Source: Auanema rhodensis (taxonomy: Eukaryota; Animalia; Nematoda). Taken from it: 64,000 nucleotides of DNA. Location of the stretch: positions 16,740,001-16,804,000 of the forward strand of contig OZ059894.1 in assembly GCA_964057225.1 (NCBI GenBank), written 5' to 3'. The notes beneath the pieces are model-generated. The model was not told the DNA's origin and did not search any database. It was given only the letters and a program-made list of their open reading frames with translations. Below are positions 53,972-64,000 of the stretch, in pieces. The position numbers were made by a program, and so were the translations under genes. How positions within the stretch are numbered: the stretch's first letter is position 1; every line of letters starts with the position of its first letter.

Positions 53972-56900
53972 ATGGAGAAAAAGGTTCGCCCACCGTTTCC
54001 TTTATACAAAAAATTTCCAAGTCAATTTGAACGAGCTTCCTATAGACTCTATGTGAGTTTCTTAATTTTTTGAAATTAAATATTTGTTTCTTTGAAGAAT
54101 GCTCTGGATAACAAGTTATGGCCTATTCGTCCAGCATACTTCTCTATGTCCCTTGTCGCCAGTACAGCATATCACTATAAGATGGATCTGCTGCCAAAAT
54201 TTGAGAACAAATACCTGGAACTTGTCAAACTTGGCTTAGTCTCCTTTTCTTCAGTTTATGTGCCTGTTTTGCTTATTCGCCAATTTTTGAGCCGATTCTA
54301 TTTCTCATACAAAGGATTTTTGTTCGAGAAACCAAAGAATCCTTCATGGACAACTAAAATCTGGGGGGTTAGTCCCAAATTTTATTTTTTTGTTTTGAAA
54401 ATTTCTTCAAAAAATAGTAAATGTTTGTATTCTTCAGGCTTTCCGCTCATTATTATCTTTAACACCTCCTTTACTCAAATCATGCGATAATCTCTTACCA
54501 AAGCTATCTTGTCCTGATCTAGATGATACAGTAAAGAGATATTTGGCTTCTATCAAGAATCTGATGAGCGAAGTTATTTAAAACTCATTCAATTCAATAC
54601 AATCTGATTTATCTGCAGGAAGAATTTGCTTTAGTGTCAGAACAAGCTGAAACATTTTTGCGCGAAGAAGGTCGTAAGCTTCATACATATGCTCGACTAT
54701 ATTCTATGTTTGCTGATAACTATGTGACTCCTTTTTGGGAAAAATATGCTTATCTCTACAGCAGGTTAGTGGTCAATTGTTTTATGATTATTAAACTTTG
54801 TATTCTGATGTTTTTTTTAAAGATTTTTAACATCCTTGTTTGACGATGAACTAAATTTTATTAAACAAATAAAATGCAAAAAATATATTTTTTAACATTC
54901 TCAGTAATCAGAAATATTTTTTATTTAATAATTTTTATTAAGGTCGCCTGTTTTGATCAACAGCAGTGTAGCTCATGTAGATCTATATAGGGACAAGCCC
55001 GCTACATGGGCAGTACGTGCTGCTCATGTTGTCTACATCGAAACTCTTTCACATTTGGCAATTGATCGTCAAACTTACAAGCCAGTGGGTTATTTTGCTC
55101 CTTTGGTGTTGTACTTTGAGACTTGAATCATCGTTGTACCTTTGTCGTATGTTGCATGTGGTAATTTCAGCTGGGTGATGGGCTGTTATGTGCAAGACAT
55201 TATGATAAGATGTATGCTGTCACAAGAGTTCCGGATGCACAATGTGATTATTTGAAGAACTACGGTAAACAATAATTTGTATTAATTTGTAAAGAAAAAC
55301 GATTGTATTTAAGGAATATCAAAGCATGTTGTATTCTATTATAAGGGAGGATTCTATCGTGTACAAGTATGTGATGAGAAGAATAATATGTATTCAGTTG
55401 AACAATTGACGAAGTAATTTCAGAATTTTCTGTCAAAATTTGAAAATTATTTTTAGAATTTTTGCTGAGCTTGTATCCAGAGAGGATGCTGCTCGCAGCA
55501 GAAGATGTGAACATGTTGCTGCTTTAACTACTGATTCTAGGTATATTTTTTGAATAATAAATTAATAAAAATGATACAAATTTATAAAATTTTTAGAGAT
55601 AAATGGGCTGCTAATCGTGAAAAGTTCTTCTTGAATAACCCAGTTAACAAGAAAACTTTGGAAGAAATTGAGAGTGCTATCTTTTTCCTCATTTTCGATG
55701 ACACAGATGAATATGACTATATTCCAGTGAGATAATTTTCATCAAACTAACTAGTTGAATTGTTAAAAATTGTAGGAAAAACCTGCCGTCCTCTCGAACT
55801 ATATGAGAAACATGTTGACAGGAAATGGTGCTAACCGATGGTCAGACAAATCATTGAACTACATTGTAGCTAAAAACACAAGAGTAATACTTCAGATCAA
55901 TTAGTTTTTAATCATTTTCATCTTTGTTTCTGATTTTAATTAACACAAATCATCAGATAACAAAATTGAAATATGTTTGATTACAGTGTGGTGGAACAAC
56001 TGAGCATTCTATTGCTGATGGATCCGAATTTGATCATATTATGGAAAACTTTGTTTATATGGATACTCAAGTTTTAAAGTTTGAATTACTTCATTATTAT
56101 TTTTTATTAATCAACTTGATTATGGGTATCCACCAATTGAGGAGCAAAAGAAAATGGAAATTGTAACTGAAGCAGATAAGAAAAATCTGATTCTAGCTAA
56201 AGAACTTGAAATTCAAGTTGATGACGAGGTTTTACTTTGAAGAAAAAGAATTTTTTTTTAATTATTATTTAAGATGAATGCCGAGATTGAACGATGTATG
56301 CTTTCTCATGCTCAACGAGCTGAAGATGTTGATATTGAAAGTATAATCTTCAGGTTTTTTTCAAACTCAAATATAAACTAAAGTATTTTACTTCAGAGAC
56401 TTTGGTAAAGGTCTAATTAAGAAGTGCGGAGTTTCACCTGATGGATTCATTCAAATGGCAATTCAAATAGCTAATTACAGAGTCAATATATACATAATTT
56501 TAGAAAAATTTTAATTAATGTCTTTTTCTAGGATCAAGGAAAGTTTGTGTTGACATATGAGCCAGCATCTGCTCGTTTCTACAAAAATTCTCGAACTGAG
56601 ACTCTTCGTACAGTATCTGATGAATCATGTGCTTTCGTTAAGGCTTTCTTGAACTCTGAAGTTCCAGTTAGTTAATATAGAAAAGTTCATAATTTATAAT
56701 TTCAACTTATAGAATGAAGAAAAAATAAAATTATTAAAAATTGCTTGTGATGCTCATGGTCAACGTAATCGTGAATGTATGGTTGGCAAAGGAGTTGATC
56801 GCCATTTATTTGTTTTATACATATTGAGTAAAGGAACAGATATTTCATCACCATTCTTGGATCATTATATTTCTCAGAAATGGTTACTTTCTACATCACA

Positions 56901-57277
56901 GGTAAAGATATCATTATAATTTCTTAAGCAAATGCTCTTAAGGTTCCTAATTGTACTAACCAAATCAATGAAGATGATAATATTGATGATACATGGCTGG
57001 GAGCCTGCTTTGGCCCTGTTGCTCCTACAGGTTACGGTAAGTATTATTTTTAATAATTTTGTAAAATAATAATAACTGATAGGTATCTGTTATCGTATGG
57101 GTGGAAATCATTCAATCATTGCACATGTCTCTAGCTTGCATGAAGCTGAGAATACGGTATCATTAGATATTTTCAATTAAAATATTTATTAAATTATTTT
57201 AGAATTCTGAACGATTTGGAAAACATTTTACTAATACACTGAACGAAATGATTGATTTATTCAACGTTCGAGAATAA
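53972..57277 (+). CDS. Carnitine O-palmitoyltransferase, nematode cpt-3/4/5/6-like
   Basis: N-terminus [14 protein letters not shown]...[38 protein letters not shown], catalytic His in [49 protein letters not shown], and the carnitine-binding STS motif (WLLSTSQ). The exact paralogue cannot be assigned. Confidence 0.92.
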
Positions 57278-57557
57278 TCAACTCAACGAATTTCATAAAA
57301 AAATGTTTTTATTTTTTGAAATATTATCTAACTCAAAATTCTCACTCGTTTTAATTTTGCTTTGAGCATTCCTGTTACAGGTTTATTCTTGTTGTACATA
57401 AAACTTTTTCTAATTCATTATGTAACTTATAAAAATGAATGATTTACAAAAAATAAAATATATATTCAATTTATTTATTACTAAAATATTTTTTAAAACA
57501 AAATATACTTCATTATTTGAATATAAAAACTGAAAAGTTCAATGAATCATTGGAAAT

Positions 57558-58907
57558 TTACTTGTGAACCATACGAATGGAAACAACATGTCCTCGAATA
57601 ATTTCAAGAACACTACTGAAATATGTATAATTGAAGTTAAAATTTAAGTTTTAAACGTTTCTTACTCGGATCCAATCTTAAGACATGCCATTGTTTCAGA
57701 TTGCATTGGATAAGTTGTTCCTCCAATCATGAGAACGCAGAATGAATCTGGCTGTAAAATGAATTTTGATGACTATTTTTCAATTTTTTTCAAAATCTTT
57801 ACTTGAATCCATAAAAGCAATTCCACTGGTCCACTTTGCATGTCATATGTTCCTTTTCCAAGAAGCATAACTTCAGTTTTGTATTTTGGTGCTCCATAAA
57901 TTTGAATAGGTCCGGATCTTGAGAAAAACAAAAATAAATTATAAGAAATTAAAAAAATATTTACAATAATTCAGCACTATGAGATATGATGAAGGACTTA
58001 AGATTAATTGGCTGATCTAAATCTGTGAAAGATGGTTCATATGGTGCAGTGATTTTGAAGCTGTCTTCACCAGGAGTATCTTCAATAAACATATATATGA
58101 TGTTCATTAACGTTATTGTCCTATTTACCAGTTTTGAAGGCTTTTGACTCATGAAATTGTTTGATCAATGGTGGAAGATCTTTAACAACATCAGTTAAAT
58201 GGAACCACCGTTCATAAAGACGAACAGTAGAATGTCCAGCAAAGTATCTGTAAATATATTTCTTCCTTCATCTGCAATCCGGGAAAATTCGTACCGGACA
58301 CAATCAAATTCAGTATTATCTCGAGCTCTTTCCACAACAAAACCAATGGTATTCGAGAATCTCTGAGGAGAATGTTCAATTCGTGCTGGTAGCAAGAAAA
58401 TTTCTCCTCAAATCAATGATTATATCAAATGTTTCAGAAATATACAACAATACCTTCTCTAATAACCAAATCCTTCATAATACCTTTTTCTATAACCTTC
58501 AATACCATATCTCCAGTACGTTGAAAAAAGAACTAAATGCTATTGAAATATAATTTTCAATCAAAGGTACTACTCACTTCTTCACCTTCTTCAAGATGAT
58601 AATCTTTCCTAGAATTTGGTCCACCGACAAAGAACACTTTTAATTGATCAGAAAACCTGTCAATATAGTTTTTAAATTTTCTGATAATATCATAAATATA
58701 TTTTTATTAATTTTAAAAATGCAACCGTCTTAACTATACAAGAATTCCAAATGAGTAGTTCACGTGAGCAGAAACGTGCGTGAGAAATTTAAAAATATAT
58801 TGTTATAATTAGTGTTATACTTACATGCATTTGTTACAAACAGGAGGAACGAAATCCTTTCGGTTATCCAAAATCCATTCCGGAATTACTCGCACAGATA
58901 CTGACAT
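57558..58907 (-). CDS. haao-1: 3-hydroxyanthranilate 3,4-dioxygenase (kynurenine/NAD pathway)
   Basis: Spliced protein contains [40 protein letters not shown]...[12 protein letters not shown]...VVERAR, retaining the Fe-ligand His/Glu/His of the HAAO cupin. Confidence 0.95.
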
Positions 58908-58980
58908 GATGAATATAATTAGAAGTTCAAACTAATTGTTTGATTTAGCTGAGTTACAAAGCGTGTGAATGTATTAATAA

Positions 58981-59012
58981 CAGTCAAAGGTCAAATCTAG
59001 GCCCAAAGGCAA
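58981..59012. promoter_or_regulatory. DR1 / HNF4-like nuclear receptor elements upstream of haao-1
   Basis: CAGTCA-A-AGGTCA (58981-58993) and GGCCCA-A-AGGCAA (59000-59012), 75-105 nt from the ATG. Confidence 0.4.
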
Positions 59013-60505
59013 TGATTACAATGATGGTTATCAGATTCTCAAGGACATACATGGTCAAGGTATTCTATCTAATTTTTCTGCAAATTAATTCAATTCATCT
59101 TTGATACGTTTATATTAAAAAAATCCTTTTGAAATGGATATGAGTCATTATTTTGTTTGAAAATAAAAAAGTTTTAGAATAAATGAAATATATTAGTTAT
59201 ATATTTTAAAATATTCAAACCTTCATGTTAGCCTTGAAGAATGGTTAAAACTTTACCTTATTTGGTACAACAATAAGAATTCATGAATTCTTGTTGTATC
59301 ACATTGTTTTTGAAAGTTTTTTTTCCTTTTTTTTTGTTATCATTAAGATATATTACTTCAATTATAATCATAAATAGAATATAAAAAGTTTCATATTAGC
59401 TTTCAATGATATTGATATAGTCACACTTATACAGATCTATCTATGAAAACCGGCTCTTGCAAACTTAGTAATAAGTACTGGTTCAATTATACTAACAGTT
59501 TACACAAATAATATTATATATAATATGTTATATATTGATTGTTTAATGCTTAATTTTAAAAAATAATAATTAATTTTAATAAAAACTTCTAATTGAATTG
59601 ATGTTAATCTTATAATTCGATAAGTTTTTTTCTTGGAATAAGTTTATCACGTACTAGAACTACGGTTTGCAAAGTTGAGAAATAATTGAAAAGGAAAGTG
59701 CTTTGAGAAACGATTATAACGATGCGGTTAGGTATGTTATAAGTAAAGTAATCATAAATGAGATTAGGATTTATAGAACTATGGAAACTTACCTAAATCA
59801 TCAAACCGGACATAGCTGTTTCGGGTAACCATGTCTGTACCAGTCGACAAGAATTTGAAGTAGTAATTCTTTTGACGGAAGAAATTTTTACTGTTCGTTC
59901 CACTGCTTACGTGGTTGGTTCAAGTTACGTTTGATAGGCAATTGATTACATCTTTTTCTAATTGAATGTGACAACTACCAATTAACTTTCATTATAAAAC
60001 AAGTCGACTAATCATATTCTGAAATGGTTCAAACACATTGAAATTGAAACTTTTTGTGAGATACATATATTTAGTATAAGGAAGTTTGAAATGTTTCATA
60101 AAAAGGTCAATGATATCAATTGTTTCATATAAGAAAAAACATTATTATGTAAACGAAAGCTGTTAATTAATTAACTAGACATAATATACAAATTAAGGAT
60201 CGATAATATCTTCCACATCTATAAATTGTTAAAGTCTCGTATATTCATAAAAGCTGGCGGAAAATTAGTTTCAAAAAATAATTTCTCGAAATTTAGAGGA
60301 CAAAAGAAATTTTTTAACCGGCAAATCTGAAAATTACTTAAAGTTGAACGTTAAAAGTCACGGGAAGAGATAATGAGACCTCGTAAGTACACTTAAAAGA
60401 CAATATATGTATATATATACAGATGAAAGACAAATAAAAATTAGAATGATAACGACGATGAAAAATACATTTAACAACTAAATGAGGAAATAAACAAGAA
60501 CATGA

Positions 60506-63431
60506 TTATCGGCCATTAAAGAAATTTCCGAAATTTCCACCGATATTGTTGAGATCGAAGCCTGTGAACTGTTGAAGTAACTGACCTGCTGCGGCAGCTG
60601 CAGCTTCTTTACCCTAAAGCAAATTCACAGAATTTAAAACATTTTTATCAGTTGTATTTACTTTCGGTCCACCTTGTTTTATAGCTTGAGCTGATACGAG
60701 ACCTTTTTGGATTAAGCCAAACAGTCCTAAGTCTTCTTCGTCCCCATTGCCATTATTTTTAGGCCTCTGGTTTCCCATATCTGGTCCGTTGTTTCCTCCA
60801 AACATTCCTCCAAATGGGCCTAGGTGGTGTAAATCAAATTACCTTTTCACGAGTAAGATATTTACCAAGCCCACCAAAGTTTCCAGCTTCTCCACCATTC
60901 CGATTACCACCTCCTCTACGACCACCTCCTCCGCCTCCGTTGCCTCCTCCTCCTCCTCCTCCTCCTAATCCAATCCCATTCATACCTCCACCAGAAGCCC
61001 ATCCTCCATTTTTAGGTGGTTGTGGAGGGCTTGGAGGGGGGATGAAAGGAGGTAACGTTGGCACAGGAGGGGGAGGTGGTGGAGGGGGAGTTTCATGAGT
61101 TGGCATTGATCCTGTAGTTATATCAGTTCAGTATACTCAATTATCAATGCTGATAAACAAAGTAGATTTCATTAAGGAATATACTCACGTCGACACATTT
61201 TTACAATCTTTTGACAAGAAGCTAAATCTTCAAACAGATTGGCATTTGTTTCTTGGGTCACACACCCTGGGAACCAAAATTCATCACATTTCTGAGTTTC
61301 CTAAAGGAAATAGTAATATCTGCATTTCTGAAAATAAATTCTTGCCTTATTATAAGTGTACATCACTTTGAAACCACAAAATCGTCCAGTAGGAGCATCC
61401 ATATCGCAAATGTCATTACTAATTTCGGGCGCCGGCATTCCACCTGAACAGAAAATAAAATTGTGTTGATACACCTAGTTGTATTCATGTTTCAGCTTCA
61501 ATACATTGAAAGACCGGATAAAATTTGGATTGAACATAGAAACATTCCACTTTACTTGTTTTAATAACTTGAAAAAATAATACAGTATGAAAAGTGGTGC
61601 TTAAAAGTATCTTCGCGAGAAAAAAACAATTTGGTTAATTTTTAATTATATGAAATAATATGTGAACTTTTTCTGTATTCAATAGTTAGTTTTTCAATAC
61701 ACTTATGATAAACTAAATTTTCTTAATAGTTTTTTCTTTTATTTTATTTCATACCACTGAAGTGAGCATACCTGAATGACCTTGACCACCTTTAGCAAAT
61801 CGGCCTCCCTTCTCTCTAGCTCCTGCTCCTTGACCTTTTCCACCCATCGGATTAATAACGATCGGTTTAGGTGTTGTGATCATGGAGCGTGGAGGTCCCA
61901 AAGGAACCCCACCATTAGCTGATGTTATACACTGAAATAATTTACTTTGTATTAAGAAAATATTAATTATGATATGAAAATCTAAATCTAAAAATAGATT
62001 ATAAGTTATTGATTGAATGTGAACGACACAAAACAGTATGATAGTATACTAATTTCAATTAAATTATTACATTTCTACCACGTTTTAATAATTTAATTTC
62101 GATTTTAAACCATAAACAGTTATATTTAATAATATATTCTATCTTATATATAGTAAGAACATGATATTTTAGTTGTAAATTTCATACACTCTTGATGATC
62201 TTCTTTTTTTTTGTAATAATAACAATAAACGAAGTTGCGACTAATTTTTCTTTTTGATCTTTTTAAAAAGAAGATTCGTTTGATGATGTTTTTTTTATGT
62301 TCAAACCAATTTTTTTTGCAAAAACTTGACTTGGCATTTTCAGGTGAACTATACCAGCCTTGAGGGCATTACAAAGCATGATAGGTCAACCGGATTACGA
62401 TCACACTTATACATGACTTTGTGAAATGAAATGTGAAAAGAGAGGTTGTAAACTCACATAGAAGCATGTCGCTTCTTCAAATAGAAACCTATTACAACAA
62501 GTATTTTCAAGGAAAAGATCGTTTATAGAAGACGAGAAAAAAGACAAGAATTCGTAGAAGATGTCATAAGTTTTTCATAGAACTCAATAACACGCATGAT
62601 TCATCGCTTCTGTTCGCCCTTTGTCCAAGATATAAACATAATAACAAACCTCTGTAGGAATTGTTTTGCATTCATTAGCTGATTTCTCGCTTGTCTTTGA
62701 TGCTGGACGCACACAAAATTGTCTTGGAAAATCACATGTGAAAGGTTCACACTTTGAAGTGCCAACGGCAGTGAAATCTCCCGAAATGAAGTCTTCACCT
62801 GAAATATCACACTTTGATCATATGTATATATGATATTGGTTCAATATTTCTCATAGCATTCATATGAAATTAGCTTAAACTATCTGGCAAATCCGAAAAC
62901 TAGGGGAGAAAGTGGAAATCCGGGAAAATCAAGAAATCGCGCAGTTAATACCATCGAAGTCCAAACTTTCTCTTTTCTAGGACATTATCTTCAAAAATGA
63001 ATTTAGATATAAATATTATGCTGTGGGAAACTATGAATAACCAAGAGAAATCGAAATTAAAGCTAAAATAACAAGAGTCCTTAAGGATCTCTCTCACTAA
63101 GTCGACCATCCGAACAATCAAAGATTTCCAGTTTTATGAAACAATTGTTAAGAATTTCAAAATTAATCTACTTTCTTGGTATATATTCTGGAATACATAT
63201 GAACCCTATCTTATTCAGCTACTAGGCAATGTGCAAAAACGTAGTAAAAACGTTAAAATATATTAATTTTAAAGAATTAAAACAAGAATAAAGTATGAAA
63301 TCGATACACCTACATTCTTCTGTCTCGAACAGTTTATCCATGAATGGATCTAATTCATCTGGAAGTTCAGCTGCTACATAGTGAGAGAATAAATAAATCC
63401 AAAGTACAGTTAGTGAATACTTAAGCATCAT
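60506..63431 (-). CDS. Secreted protein: N-terminal Cys module, atypical Kunitz/BPTI domain, poly-Pro and Gly/Asn-rich tail
   Basis: Signal peptide MMLKYSLTVLWIYLFSHYVAA. Eight phase-compatible exons. Kunitz pattern ICDMDAPTGRFCGFKVMYTYNKETQKCDEFWFPGCVTQETNANLFEDLASCQKIVKMC. Ends QQFTGFDLNNIGGNFGNFFNGR*. The model needs one GC-AG intron (61301-61345). Confidence 0.85.
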
Positions 63432-64000
63432 AAAATATATACCAGATTAGGTATTCTCAGAATACTATTATTAACACATGTACTGCTCACAGTCTGACGA
63501 TGCTGGCTAAACTAATTACGATGCGTCGTGATTTCAATTCCTTTGCCCCTGCCTTCTTCTAAAGCGAGTTTTATCCCCACAACCAGTTTGTACGAAAATG
63601 CCCATTCAAACTTCGCGCCACGACACGTTTGCAGTTCGATTACGGTAGAGCTCTCACGTCTCCGGCGCCTGCGTACTCTCTATGGTGGTCTTGACAGCAC
63701 TCCAAAGCCTTCGGTGCATTCACCACTAGCCATTGATATACGATTTGGAGTAGTTATTTTTCGTTTATTTGTCTTACTTGACTATCTTCTTAACTTAAAG
63801 TTATAAATGCTTTATTTAAAACATTATTTTAATTATTTTATTTAATATTCTTCTCCCTTTCCTTCCTTGAAATAAGTGCAGTGTTGGAATCTTTTCATAC
63901 AACCATTGCTTCATTATCTGTCTTCTTAAAAATTTCTAAGGCATTCATTAAATAATTTTTAATTCTAGAAGTTATAATGGATCAGTTCCAAGCTCTCGTT

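Noticed and set aside
60747-61447. Plus-strand Pro/Gly-rich ORFs
   Set aside because: Mirror frames of the GGN/CCN-rich exons of the Kunitz gene.
63520-63806. GC-rich segment and 92-aa ORF upstream of the Kunitz gene
   Set aside because: The ORF starts at GTG, has no recognisable motif or splice partners, and shows no convincing fold. It is most simply promoter sequence.

Overview
This is an AT-rich, intron-dense eukaryotic window from a rhabditid-type nematode. The species cannot be determined from the sequence; most introns are about 43-60 nt, so the ORF track shows only exon fragments. Splicing exons by hand gives nine protein-coding genes: mrps-5 (3' end off-window, -), sel-1 (-), rpm-1 (PHR E3 ligase, about 70 exons, +), a secreted ground-like hedgehog-related protein (+), egl-2 (EAG K+ channel, -), a small 6-Cys single-pass CX/Shisa-like protein (-), a carnitine palmitoyltransferase of the nematode cpt-3/4/5/6 group (+), haao-1 (-), and a secreted Kunitz plus Pro/Gly-rich protein (-). 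About 14 kb of gene-free, microsatellite-rich DNA lies upstream of egl-2. I saw no tRNA, rRNA, CRISPR array or intact transposon. Best leads: (1) a uORF stops exactly 1 nt before the main ATG in three genes (ATG-TAA-A-ATG in mrps-5, ATG-TGA-T-ATG in egl-2, a 7-codon uORF ending TAG-T-ATG in rpm-1); (2) a relaxed splice code with many AAG acceptors, one GAG acceptor, one apparent GT-GG intron and one GC-AG intron; (3) a ~100-nt CpG-rich hairpin antisense within an intron, resembling a pri-miRNA; (4) clustered miRNA seed sites and nuclear-receptor elements. All gene models are manual and unverified by RNA data, and none of these leads is established as a novel system.
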